Positions 14,367-27,125 of a stretch of DNA of 64,000 nucleotides are shown here, one piece after another; position 1 is the stretch's first letter; the number at the start of each line of letters is the position of its first letter. This DNA comes from Schmidtea nova (taxonomy: Eukaryota): the NCBI GenBank assembly GCA_044892505.1, contig CM097882.1, positions 213,218,001-213,282,000 of the forward strand. The letters run 5' to 3'. A model generated the notes under the pieces. The model did no database searches. It saw nothing but the letters and a program-made list of their open reading frames with translations, and was not told the DNA's origin. The translations under genes were made by a program, and so were the position numbers.

Positions 14367-15041
14367 TAGTTCTTATTTTTAGAGATTTTCCGAAATTTTT
14401 TCACTTTTTCCATTGTTCCCGGACGGTTTTATTTCTACATTAACTGGTAGTTTATTTTATTCTTTACTCTATTATTTATTAGTTAATTTTTGATTTTTTT
14501 GTTCTTAGCTGGGTTGGGTTGGGTCTTGAACTTATTATTTAATTTAATCTATTTAATTATTTTTTCTTAGGTTAATCGGTCATCCCAACATATATTATGA
14601 TTTTATTACCAATTTGGGAAAATAACTGGAAAAGTTGTGAGTTCCTAAAACATCCATTCATCAAAAAAGAAAACAAAAGCCATGGTGCAAACTTTAACAA
14701 CCAAATTTTAGTAATTTAGACTGGAAATTTAGAAAAACTGATGGGCGTTCTGATTGCCAAGATGGAGGATCTGTCCGTAGCTATTCCATTACAAGATACT
14801 ATTAATAACAGGGATTGACCTCAATGAAGTGCTGATAGATCATCTGCACAATTTAGATGATGTCAGAAATTTCACATTATCCGTTGGTCGCGCCCGCTCT
14901 TAAAATATTTTTAACAATTAATTAAGTAATAATTATTTGGGTGCTTGATCGCTGTGAGAGATTGTGGAGCGAGCCTGGAAGCCATAAAAACGGACTTATT
15001 GAAATCTATATAAATCTTATATGTTCGATAACGTCAATGTA

Positions 15042-15119
15042 CGCAAATATTTTGTTGCTCGCAAAAACCGGTATTGTAGAGGAATGACTAAACATTCAAA
15101 TGAATTCTGTCCTGAGCAT
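15042..15119 (+). pseudogene. TRMT13: TRM13 (tRNA m4X methyltransferase) N-terminal zinc-finger fragment
   Basis: RKYFVARKNRYCRGMTKHSNEFCPEH fits the C.Y.V.KKRFCR......FC.EH pattern; first Cys codon appears changed TGC>CGC. Isolated, stop soon after. Confidence 0.6.
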
Positions 15120-15647
15120 TCAATTGATCATCAATCAATATCAATCCAAACTCGATGAGATCTGTCGATTTGAATGCTGTAACAAGTTTCAGTTACCAGG
15201 TAACAAAGCGCAACCAGCAGTCAAATAGTTAAAGGAAATTTAGGGGATGAGACGGTCTGTGTGCGCAGTGGTGGTGTTTCATGGGTGTGCGCACACAGAG
15301 ACGAGTTACTGAAGTCGCTTAAAGGAATTGGATTTTTGACTTTTTAAAAGTTTATTAAAAAACATTTTGGACATTAATTGATTGGTTTTTTAATTGTGTG
15401 ATTTCGGGGACTTTAAATTGGATTTTGTTTTTTGGTATGAATGGTTTTATATTGAGCGAACTTTAAATTGGAAAAACTTTTAATTTATTTTCTTATGGAT
15501 TCTTGTTTTACTTATTCAATTAATGGATTTGGTTTGAAAATGTTTTGAAAGTTTTTAAAAGGGATTTGTTTTAAAGAGTTTAAAGAATGATGATATCGTG
15601 GAGATATTTGAATTAAATGATTTTGTAATGGACTTTTTTGGGATTTA

Positions 15648-16289
15648 GTGAAAGTTTCGGTCAAATTAATGGTTGATTATAATTATGTTATGAATGTTAA
15701 TGAGGAAATTCGAAATGATGAATTGAATGAATTCATAGTCGAAGTGGATATTACGTCTTCGTTTGGAGTTCAAGAGAAGATATTCAATGGTGGTGAGAGA
15801 ATGGTTGCATCAATTCAATGGCCAACTCTGATTGAAATAACGAATTCATTGAATCAAAATGTGTTGAAAGATAAAAACATATTAATGTATAAAGCGAACA
15901 AGAGTGATATTATATATGGCTTACGTAGAATAAATGTTCCCAATGAATATGTGCACCAAGTTGTAAAACGAACATTTTCTGTATTGAGTGATTATAGTCG
16001 TGAAATATATGTCTTATCGCGATTATCACCCAGCTGTTATCTGAAACAAGATCTCAATGATGATTTCCCGATAATTCGATGCTTATTTGTTGATCGAATT
16101 TCAAATTCGAACATAAAATTGCTTGAGCCACCAAATCTTTTGGTTGGATTACCGGCACAAATATTGACTTACTGTGCATCACACGGATTGAATGGAATTA
16201 TCAATGCTGTTTATTTTGTTATGGAAATGAATAAAAATTATTATATGGACGTTCAATCGATGATTTTCCATCCGTGCCTAAAATTGTGA
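15648..16289 (+). CDS. PSMG1: Chimeric intronless ORF with a proteasome assembly chaperone 1 fragment and a shared tail module
   Basis: FPIIRCL...KLLEPPNLLVGLPAQILTYC matches PSMG1 (P.LR.L...LLEQPNIV..LPAAVLSYC). Ends VYFVMEMNKNYYM, homologous to the tail of 33972-34679. First ATG at 15669. Confidence 0.65.
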   Translation: MKVSVKLMVDYNYVMNVNEEIRNDELNEFIVEVDITSSFGVQEKIFNGGERMVASIQWPTLIEITNSLNQNVLKDKNILMYKANKSDIIYGLRRINVPNEYVHQVVKRTFSVLSDYSREIYVLSRLSPSCYLKQDLNDDFPIIRCLFVDRISNSNIKLLEPPNLLVGLPAQILTYCASHGLNGIINAVYFVMEMNKNYYMDVQSMIFHPCLKL

Positions 16290-16679
16290 AAGTTACATCG
16301 ATAGGACGCAAAAATACCATAAATGGTTGTTCCAAAAGAAGTTGAAAGAATGTGATTTTTAATAATTGTAAATGTGTTATTTAATAAATGTTTTCATCAT
16401 TTATTTGTTTATTTGTCTTTGTTAAATATGTCTTTGTTTTTAAGACTTGTTTTTAGTATTGGTTCAATATGTTTTTTATTAGANNNNNNNNNNNNNNNNN
16501 NNNNNNNNNNNNNNNNNNNNNNNNNNNNNNNNNNNNNNNNNNNNNNNNNNNNNNNNNNNNNNNNNNNNNNNNNNNNNNNNNNNNNNNNNNNNNNNNNNNN
16601 NNNNNNNNNNNNNNNNNNNNNNNNNNNNNNNNNNNNNNNNNNNAAAATTAATAATTAAATCTTAATATTTTCATGATAG

Positions 16680-16949
16680 AAAAAGTGTTTACTAAATGTG
16701 CTCCATCTCCATTATCCCTGTGGAATAATCAATATATGGGAAATGTTGCACGAACAAAATCTGGATTTCCATGTCAAAAGTGGAAAACTAACTATCCAAA
16801 TTACATTTCACAAAAAATTAAAAGCCTAATGTCAACACAATATGACAAATTAGATCATAATTTTTGTAGATCTATTGGACTAGGTTATCCAGTTTGTATG
16901 AGAGATTATCCTGGAGGTGATTTTGAGTTTTGTGACATTCCAGTATGTA
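16680..16949 (+). CDS. Kringle-domain exon 1 (phase 1-1, 270 nt)
   Basis: Six Cys with YMGNVARTKSGFPCQKW, HNFCR and FCDIPVC; acceptor GATAG|, donor A|GTAAGT. Confidence 0.9.
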
Positions 16950-18277
16950 GTAAGTAGAAATTGTTTTCTTTTATAGAACTGTACATAAAATTATTTAAAA
17001 ACCGCAAAAAATAACACATCTTTCAAAAATTTTTATTACATAGATAATGAAAAAGTCCAGAATAAAACTTTATCTGTTTTTTTTCTTATTAAAAGAGCTA
17101 TAAATCACAATATTTTCAATATAACAGAAAATTTTGGCATTTCATTAGAAAAGAGCAGTGTCAAACATTCATGTTAAATTAAAAAGATTTTTGATTTATC
17201 GTGGAAGAATGAAAATAAACAAAATCATAAATAAAACATATAGAAGATGTGGTATATTTAAAATTAATTTTAGAATTTGTTTAAATCATTGAGTTGACAT
17301 GGTTTTCTATTTTACCTAATAATGACAGTAATTCGGTCGAAATAGATAAAACTTAAAATTATATTTTGATTGAAGTTTGTAATTAATTTAAGAACATAAT
17401 TTATTAGTGTGGTGAAAAATAATAAAGTTCCTTTTATGCCACATAACAAATTGTATTCGTTTTAATTCTGTAAAGTAAATTCCCCATAATGGATATAAGA
17501 CAACATTTTATTATTATTCATAGAAAATAAAAGTTTCTGTTGTTCAAGTAATTTCGTACTGTATTATGCATTTCAAGTCATTAGAAATTCTTAATAATAA
17601 AACTCCCAGGCCAGTACTTTTTGATTGGTTATTTATTTATACGGAATCATTCTATTTAAAGAAAGTAATTTAAAATAATCAATGAAGTATTATTATTTAT
17701 CAACAATATTGTCTCAGGTTATAAATGTACCATAATATACTACAGAATCAGCCAGCTCTCTATTTGTGCTGTTGATAGTTATGAGTATATGATTCCCCGG
17801 TGATTTTAATGTTAAAACTTTAAACGTTTGGTTTAAAAATGAACGTAATTATGTATCAACTGAAATAAAATGGCTAGACAGTCAAAATGTACTATATTCA
17901 ATTATTAGGAAATTTTAAAAGTTTTGTGACAAAAAATTACAATAATATTATTTTTACATCAATTATTTTATCAATTTAAATTTGTTTAATAAAACATTAA
18001 GAACCCAGAATAATTGTCACTCTATGAACACAATCTCAGTAATTTTTATTTACAAAGGATAAACCTGAAACTCAGCAAATTCTATTACTTTAGAAAAGAA
18101 TGTTTTGAAATTAATTCAATATAAGATAAATGAGATTGTTTAATTGTTTAAATCAAAATTATATTTTTATTAATTAGAAAACATCTTTTAACTGTTGAGA
18201 CATTATAATTAAATTTCAATATAAATAATTTAATATTTTTTATTCAACTAGATATTGTTAGCTAAGCTTTCATTTGA

Positions 18278-18320
18278 AATTATTCAATAATAATTGGAAT
18301 CCAATTATTATTGAATAATT
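18278..18320. repeat. Perfect 20-bp inverted repeat with 3-nt loop
   Basis: AATTATTCAATAATAATTGG-AAT-CCAATTATTATTGAATAATT. Confidence 0.9.
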
Positions 18321-18325
18321 TGGAT

Positions 18326-21015
18326 TAGTATTTCTTCTCGAGAAATTCTCGAGAAAATTGATAAAATTATTAAGTAGCAATTCTCGAGAAATTTAGATAT
18401 TTCTCGAGAAATATGTAACAAATATAATTAAGTGTATTATTTGAATAAAACTTTGTTATTTTGTGTAATTTTGAAAGTTTTAATAATTTACCGTTCTATT
18501 TCGTTTTCTTATTCATCAGTGTCATACAATATTTTTACAACACCGTTAGTTTTCTATTTTCTTATTCATCATTCTCTCATCCTCATATCTCAGTTGTTGT
18601 ACCATACTTAATAATTCGGTGAATTCCCGATAGTATATTTGAATAATAAATAAATTATCAGTTGAGCAATTACTATATAACTAATTTCATTGTGAAATAA
18701 CAACTTGAAGTCATAAGTCTTGTTTTAGCGAAGTAATAATTAGAGTTTTGTATGTAAAAATATTTTTAATTAAAAAAAGGAAACCATATAACTATATAAT
18801 AAATTTAATGTAAGTAGTTGTTTTATTATAAATACTGTTTTTAAAATAAGTCTAATTAAACAAATAGAAACCATTTACGCAGAAAATGAGTAAAATTTAC
18901 CGGGACTGTTGGGAACATTTTAAAAAAAGTGAAAGTAATAAAGATTTGGCAATATGTAAAATATGTCTTAAACCACTTTCATGCAAAGGTTCGGCGACTA
19001 TTGGTCTGCGTAGGCACCTTGAAGGTGTACATGAGTATAAAAGATAAGAAAAAAACAATTATGGTCAGAGTACCTCAAAAAATGCAAAAAAATACAGATA
19101 TGAAGGCAATCCAATTGAATCTTTCTTGAAACGACCAACTATTGGTGAATTAGTTTCAAAGTTAGCAGCTGTTGATGGAATATCGTTTCACAGAATTTCT
19201 AAAAGTGAACTTATTAGAACATCTATGAGTGGCAAAGGATTTAACTTACCACAGAACTCGACCAAAGTGATGCAATTAATGCTGAACTTTTATGAAGAAG
19301 TAAAACAACAGCTAATAAAAAAAATAATTAAACACAAAGATAATGGTAAAAAATTCAGTATATCCATTGATGAATGGACCAGCATGAAAAATAAAAGATA
19401 TATGGATGTACACCTTTATTATAATAACCAAGATTCAGACAATTTAGGGATGGTTCCTGTTGTTGGTAGTTGCCCTGCAGAAAAAGCATTGGAATTAGTG
19501 AAAGAAAAATTAAAATCGTTTAATATCATATTTAATGACGATGTCGTAGCTACGATGAGTGATGGTGCTGCTGTGATGCAGAAATTTGGAAGATTATCTT
19601 CTCAATTTCTCCAACTTTGCTACAATCACGGGTTGCATTTGGCTGTTCTGAAAGTATTTTATGTCAAGAAAGGCTATCCTGATAACTTTACTTGTATCGA
19701 GGAATCTGATAACGAATCTGAAATAGAATATTTAGAAAATGAAAATAATAACTCTGACGACTCCGATATAAAAGTTGTGGAAGACGTTGATGTTTATTTG
19801 CAACCCCAAATCGAAAAAGCAATTAAATTCATAAGAAAAATATCAAAAATGTTTAAAAACTCCCCCGTTAAAAATGCCATAATACAAAAATATGTAATGG
19901 AAGAGGAAAAAAAGAGCTAATGGTAATTTTAGACTGTTCTACACGATGGAACACAATGGAGGCTATGATAGAAAGATTTGTACGAATAATCGGCTCAATC
20001 AAAAAAGCATTATTGATTGAATTAAATTTGGGTAGTTTGTGGAATGACGACTACTTTGAGGTTTCTAAAATAATATTAGCAACATTAAAACCACTCCGTA
20101 TTACAATTGAAAATCTTAGCCGAGAAGATTCTACATTATTAACTGCTGAAGAAGCTCTAAGGTTTTTATTTACAACTTTGGAAAAATTAAATACTAATTT
20201 AAGTCGAGATCTCCTTAATGCAGTTAGGGAGGAAATGTCTAAAAGGAGGGATTATACTTTAGTATCGGTTATTAGGCTCCTACAGAATCCTGATTGTATG
20301 TCACATAAAGAAAATGATAGTTTCTTTGACATGGCAATAAAAAAAGAGATTTTAAATTGGCAAAATCTATATCATCTAGAATTTTTGAAATTACAAACAG
20401 TGATAACAATAATACTGAAGAAATTGGTGACACTGAAAATATTGAAGAATGTCCAGATCGAGAAGAAGAGGCAAGTCTACAACAACAAATAAATTTTGCA
20501 ATTACAAAAAGTTTACAAGAGTATGAAAGTCCGAATGCTAACAAATTTCAATCATTAGATGAGGAATTTAAAATACTTGAAGCAAATGGGAAGAGAACCT
20601 CAAATTTGCAGAATCTTTTGGATGCACTTCTCACCATTAAACCAACTTCTACGCAAAATGAGCGTAATTTTTCTATTGCAACAGATTTTGTTACCAAAAA
20701 AAGAACGAGAATGAGAGATTCAACTTTGGACGCTCTGCGTTTCTTAAAACATTATTTTAAATCACAAAAATGATTTAATTTATTATATTTTTATAAAATT
20801 TTTTATGTATTCTTGTAAAACTTTAAGAATTTATTTTTACGTTATAATTTTTTATTTTGTTGTATAATAAAAATGTGAATTTCAGTTTATATTATACTGC
20901 ATTAGATTTTTATTTTAATAAAATATTTTCTCGAGAAATCTCGAGAAATCTCGAGAAAAAAAAATGTGTTTTCTTTTCTCGAGAATTTAAAAAGGGTGAC
21001 AAATGAGAAACACTA
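18326..21015 (+). mobile_element. Near full-length hAT transposon with a disrupted transposase
   Basis: Termini TAGTATTTC / GAGAAACACTA; 8-bp TSD A(T/A)TTGGAT; many subterminal TTCTCGAGAA repeats at both ends. Confidence 0.9.
19126..20773 (+). pseudogene. hAT transposase with a stop and a frameshift
   Basis: SISIDEWTS, SDGAAVM, CYNH (CxxH), DCSTRWN and PTSTQNERNFS (hATC) across three ORFs. Confidence 0.9.
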
Positions 21016-21366
21016 AATTGGATAATAACCTTTTTATAATAATTAAATTTACCAAAATGCTGCAGATATGTAACAGAATGTGAAACTTTTCAAAAATCAA
21101 AGCCCAATTTTCTTCCTAAATGCCTTTTTAGAACTCGTGCATCACCGGAAGAAGTGTTTGAACCACAATGTGTTTTATATTGAAAGATAAATCCTACATA
21201 CCCTTGTTTTTCTTATATATTTATTTATATTTTAAATAATTAGTAATATATATTATATATATTAAATTAAAAATATTTTTATTTACCAAAAAAATGGCAG
21301 TTTGTTTAAAAGAGCGAATAAAGAGACGTTTTTGAAGAGATAAAGAAAAAAAGAAGCAGCTGAAAT

Positions 21367-22097
21367 CAGGGTTATCAACTCTGGAACGAGTCAGACCCGA
21401 AGAAATTATTTTTAAATCCGAAGATTTAATATATAATAAATACATATGAATATAAAACAAATTATATTTATTCAATAACAATAAAACAAAACAACAAAAT
21501 TTATTCAATAAGAAAACATAAAAAAATTAGGAACTTCAGAAAATATAATTAATTCTTAAAATTATATTTTGTGGTTTTAATGAACATTCAAGTAAATTTT
21601 TTTGTTCTGGTGCTTTTAAATATGTAAGAAAATCTTCGCATTTCATGTCGAAATTTATTCTTACAGAAAGTTCAGCTTTAATAAGCGCTATTCTCATTTT
21701 ATTTCTTTCATCTCTCCAAACGAAATTCATTATTGAAAAAATTCTTTCAATAAATGCATTACTAACCGGAATGCTTAAAACCTTCGACATTATTTTTTTA
21801 ATTTCATTAAGTCCATTAGTCGACTGGAATATTTTCACCCATAATTGTAAAACTTCATTTTTTTCCATTTTCAGTAATTCTAATATTTGGAAGAATCTGA
21901 TTAATAGAAATAATCTCATCATATATTTTATCTTCGTCAACTTCTAAATTTAGTACTTCACAAACTTTCAAGATTGAGCTAAAAGTAAGTTCAAATATTT
22001 TGACAAACCCGAAGAAATAAGTGTTCAACCCGAAGACCCGAAATTACCACATCAAACCCGAAGTCTTCGGGTGAAAATGGTCGAGTTGGTAACCCTG
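21367..22097 (-). mobile_element. Non-autonomous hAT derivative retaining the hATC C-terminus
   Basis: 14-bp TIR CAGGGTTA(T/C)CAACT; TSD GCTG(A/T)AAT; ACCCGAAG subterminal repeats; ORF 21536-21940 has IPVSNAFIERIFS. Confidence 0.9.
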
Positions 22098-22436
22098 GCT
22101 GTAATCCAAATAATTAAATACTTAACTGGTTATTTTATTTTTAATTTAATTTTGTACCTCAAACAGAATGTTACAATATTATTTCTTTTGTATTGTTGTA
22201 TTATACGAAAGATTTCCAGTCTTCCAGTCAAACACTGTATGGGCAACCAAAATCACAATTACTACATATTACAATATACAATTTCTGTTGATTTCCTTTA
22301 GCACCTACTCTGGGTACTTATTGAACGCACCGCGTATCTGAATTAATAAAACTTAACATTAGAAGTATAAATTATAAAAAATAAGCTGTGCTAATGGGAG
22401 GTAATTAAATATGTGGTTTTGGAAATAGAAAACTTA

Positions 22437-23728
22437 CGAGGTGCATTCAATAAGTACCTGACCTAACTAAGAAATAAATAAGATAACCATATGAAACATT
22501 TTTCATTTAATACTTAATTAAATATAGGTAAGAAAAAAATATTTTGTTTTATTTCATAATATTTATTAATTACAATTTAGGCACAATTTTAAAATTTATG
22601 GTTTCGGAGATAGAATATCGTAGTGTTAAAAAGATTTTCGTTTTACAAGGTAGAAAGTACGATGAAATTGTTTCTCAGCTCCAATCAAAGTATAAATCAG
22701 ATGCCCCATTTCTAACGACTATAAAGTACTGGATTCGAGAATTTAAGTGTGGTGCACATCAGTATTTGATGATGAAAAGCCAGGAAGACCACAAGAAATA
22801 TCTGATTCTGTCGATGAAAAATTACTGCAAATTGTGCAAGAAGAGCGCAGAATAACGACAAACTTGCTCTCTATTCATCTAAAAGTCAGCGTTGGAACAG
22901 TACACTCTAAACTGAAAGCTATGGGTATTCGAAAATTGTGTTCCAGGTTCGTCCCTAGCTTACTAACTTTTGAAATGATGCAGCGTCGTTTAATCAGTTG
23001 TCAAAGTAACTTGTCAGTTTGGGAGCAGTATGGAGACAAATTGTTGGCAAATCTGATTATGGAAGATGAAACTCCAATTAGAATGTAACTACCGGATTCC
23101 AAAAGAGAGTCTGCCGAGTGGAAGTTGCCTGGAGAGAAGCCTTCATTAAAGATGAAATCAGGGACATCCCATCGAACGATCATGATGTTATCCATTTTTT
23201 TTGGATCAAAAGGGGATTATCCTTGTGGACTTTGCTGAGAAAGGAACTAAAATCAATGCTGGATAGTACAGTAACCTTGTGGAATCTGCTAGAGCAAAAA
23301 GACGGAAGCAATGACATATTACACTGTGGTTCCTGTCTGATAATGCCGCTGTTCACACGTCACAAATAACGAAGACCACAATTGAAAACTCAGGACTTGT
23401 GCTTCTAGATCACCCACCATATAGTCCAGACCTTGTGCCAAGTGATTTTTGGCTTTTCAGTCATTCGAAGAAGCACATGCGAGGCAAAAATTTCGCGGAG
23501 AAAACGGAATTGAAAGATTTTGTGGAAGAATTCTTTCGAGAATATACCCCAAATTTATTTGAAAATGCTTTTTTGGATCTCGTTCATCGGTGGAAAAAAT
23601 GTATTTTTGAAAATGGCGGCTATGTTGAGAAATGAGACGTATATATGTTTGTTTAGTTTCAAAAAATGTTTCATATGGTTATCTTCTTTATTTTTTAGTT
23701 AGGTCGGGTACTTATTGAATGCACCTCG
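22437..23728 (+). mobile_element. Full-length mariner (1292 bp), transposase frameshifted
   Basis: TA TSD; long TIR CGAGGTGCATTCAATAAGTACC...; RFVP and HPPYSPDLVPSDFWLF motifs. Confidence 0.95.
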
Positions 23729-24486
23729 TAAATATGAAAGTTTGATTATTGTTGGAAATCTTTACGTGGCAAATACAATTTACTGAGAAATCATTTAAAG
23801 CATTGGTGTAATTATTGAAATGAATATAAAATTATTAAAATTAAAGGAAAATAATAAACTTGATACAATCAGAAATAATGAATGCATAATAAGTTTAGAA
23901 GGGAAGGTTGGAAAAAAAAGTAATAAAAAATCTAGAAAAGAATACAATTTTAAGAAAATATGTATCGCCTTGGAATTCACCAATTGTGTATGGCAAAGAA
24001 AAATATGAATAATATTCGTATATGCTTAGATCATTTAATGAAAACAATGTAAGAGCGACATTTCCAATTACGAATGTTGATGAAATATCAGGCTATCTAT
24101 ATGAGTCAATCTTTTTTAGTTCTATCGACTCTAGAAACACATATTATCAAGTTTAACTTAAAGAGAATTCTAAAGAAAAAACTGAGTTTTTCCATTAAAT
24201 ATGGGCAATATTGTTTCAATAAAATGCTATTTGGCATAGCAGCAGCATTCTTCAAATTTCCAAAAACCAGTGTTCATTATAATTAGAGATATGATATTTA
24301 AACATGCTTTGGTTTTCTTGGATGTGATCTTAATCTTTTCAAAGGCAAATGACAAGTATAAAAATCGTATTGAAAAATTATTTAAAGGAATTAGCGGTTC
24401 TGGTTTGAAGATTAATTTAAAAAATGCAAATCTTTAGCTACAGAATTAAAATTTCTTGGACATGTCATAAACCACGAAGGTATTAA

Positions 24487-26179
24487 CAGTGGCGTAGCGA
24501 AGAGGGGGCAAAGGGGAAGAGCTGCCCGGGCCCACAGTCTTATGGGCTCCAGAAAGAGTCTGAGGATCATATATAATTAGTGTTATTTAATATTTATTCT
24601 CGACTTAACTTTTTCAAATCACGAAAACAATAACGTTGAAGATGACGCCAATAGATCTAGCTATAAGACTGGAGGACATAATGATGGTGATGAATATGAC
24701 CCCCGAAGTGGTATTCCTGCAGTTCTCTTGTTCAATGACATTGGTTACTTAAAATTCGACCAAAGGTCACAACTAGCAGTAGTGTTACGAAAAAACATCG
24801 CACTGAACTGATAACCTGTGGAGATTCAGTATTTCAATACGAAGAAGACCCGTTTACACTCAATGAAAACTTGGTTTTCCAAGCGCAAGAAAGCTACAAA
24901 AAGAAAGCTATACCGATCACTGTTAAGCGAGAATCTGAAACCGGATGGAGTGCTAGAGTGGAGGCCGTCAAAGCAATTTATGAGGGGTTACATGAACTAG
25001 TGAAACTGCTAGAGACACTATCAGATGATAGGAATCAGTCAAACGATACTGCAACTGGCGCAGAAAGGTTGCTAGCGAATAATTTGGAATTCAATTTTCT
25101 TGTGTTGCTGTATTTCTGGAATGACATCCTACGAAGAATTGATCTGGTTCAGAAACGTCTTCAGGATCCTACCATGAATTTCAAGGATGCAGTATCTGAT
25201 CTCAAAGCATTGGAAATTCAAGTTAACTTAACACACGATGATTTATGTGAGTGTGTAATTAAAAGTGCAAAGAATAGATGTGCAGAATGGGGCGTAGAAG
25301 TTCAACGCCGAATGAGGAGAAGACAAATGCCAGTAGAGTTGGCTCGAGATGCCAGGTTTTCTTCAGAAGAGGAAATTGCGCGTGTTCTAAAAAGTGTTAT
25401 ATATTGACTTCAACAAAAAATGGCAACTAGATTCATTCGTCTCAATGAGTTGGATTCAAAAATTGGATTTTTATTGGATGTTCGGATTCTGTTCAAGGGA
25501 ATGGATTTGACTTCTCTTCGCAAAGATTTCTTTGACCTTGCAAACTTTTATGACACTGACGTAAATGGGAGCGAACGTTTCAACGAAATTTGCGACTGTA
25601 AAATGTTGCTTACTACGAGAGGTAATGTTTTAACATCAACCCCTTTGGATCTAATTACTTTCATCGTGTCTTATGGGGACGATGCTTTTCCAAATTTGCA
25701 AATTGCTTTACAAATTCTCTTAACAGTTGCAGTGTCAATAGCCAGTTGTGAGCTTTCCTTCTGTAAGCTGAAGCTTATTCTTTCATATTTAAGAGCGTCG
25801 ATGGGACAAGATCATCTATGCGATCTCGCGGTTCTCAGTGTAGAGAAGGAAACACTGAAAAAGATAGACTTTGATGATATAATTGACAAATTTGTGAGTG
25901 TGAACGCAAGAAAAATGAATTTTGCCAGCATGAAGACTCTTTGAAAGGGCGGTTAAAATTTATTATATAGTTTATATTGTAATTGTGATAGATAATATTA
26001 TAATAAATATGGTTGTATAATAATTAAAATTTATTTAACTCTTATGCATGACAATTGAACTATTGGAGTTATTAATTCTGTCACCCAATTAATCTCCTAT
26101 CCCTATGTAACAAGTTTTGTGTAGGGGGCGCCAAATTTAAACCTTACCCTGGGTGCCACATAGTCTCGCTACGCCTCTG
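24487..26179 (+). mobile_element. Internally deleted hAT with a transposase C-terminal pseudogene (24871-25944)
   Basis: TIR CAG(T/A)GGCGTAGCGA; perfect 8-bp TSD GGTATTAA; ETGWSARVEAVKAI and AVSIASCELSFCKLKLILSYLRASMGQ. Confidence 0.92.
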
Positions 26180-26637
26180 GGTATTAAAACTGATCCAAAG
26201 AAAATTAGTTCAATGATTAATTTTCAAAAGCCTAATTGCGTTAAATATTTTCGAAGTTTTCTAGAATTAGCTAACTATTATCGAAAATTTATAAAAAATT
26301 ATTCAACCATTTCTCGACCTCTAGATAAGATACAGTGATATGAAGAATGTGAAAAAGCCTTTGTAAAACTTAAATATATGATGGTTAATAAACAAATATT
26401 AGCACATCCGGATTTTGAGAAATTCATATTAAACACTGATGCAAGCTTTGACATCATCAGTACAGTGTAATCCCAAAAAATGAATAATAATTATGAAAAC
26501 GATATAGCATATAGCTTTAAAATTTTAAATTCTCATGAGGTTGATATTTGTATAAAAAGAAAATAATTTTTATCTGTATTTCACTTTACACAGCATTTCA
26601 AACATTACCTTTACGGAGGAAAATTAACATTGTAAAC

Positions 26638-27125
26638 TGTAGGAACATACAATAAACTAACGAATCGAATTCATAATATTTATTAACTAACAAATTGCTT
26701 GATGATTCTGTCGACGAAATATGTAATCGAGTTGTTGATAGGACTGTCGTTGAGGTTGACGGGATTACAGATATGAACGTTTTTGTCAATGTTTCAGAAA
26801 CAGTGTTTGTAGATAGTATTTCTACGTTTGAGTAAATTAACTTAGCAGTAGAACTAGTTGAAACGGCCTTTCGAAAAGTCGATTTTAATTCACTGGTGGA
26901 TATAGTTGATGATGTTTGAAAAAATGAGAATCCTGTTGAAGAAACTATCGTTTCTGGCTTCTTTTCGATAGAGAGAGAAATAAATGTTGAACTTATCATT
27001 TTTTGAATATCGAGAAAAAGAAGTCGATAAAGTGAATATTAAAACAATGCCATTTAAACTCTCATTCGAAAATTATTTAATAAGTTAATTAATTAAAAAA
27101 GAAATTTATAAACTAAGGCACTACA
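26638..27125 (-). mobile_element. Solo-LTR-like element, family A copy 1 (488 bp), with a Ser/Thr-rich ORF
   Basis: TGTAG...CTACA termini; perfect 5-bp TSD TAAAC; removal rejoins the Gypsy RNase H coding sequence; sense AATAAA about 40 nt from the 3' end; ORF from ATG 26999. Confidence 0.85.

Noticed and set aside
17044-17910. Additional exons of the lectin-kringle gene
   Set aside because: Some coding-like stretches (e.g. KWLDSQNVLYS), but I could not build a stop-free, phase-consistent chain.
26598-26999. Host mucin-like or GPI-anchored gene
   Set aside because: The ORF lies within a TSD-flanked LTR-like element, and its last residues come from read-through into the antisense Gypsy flank.
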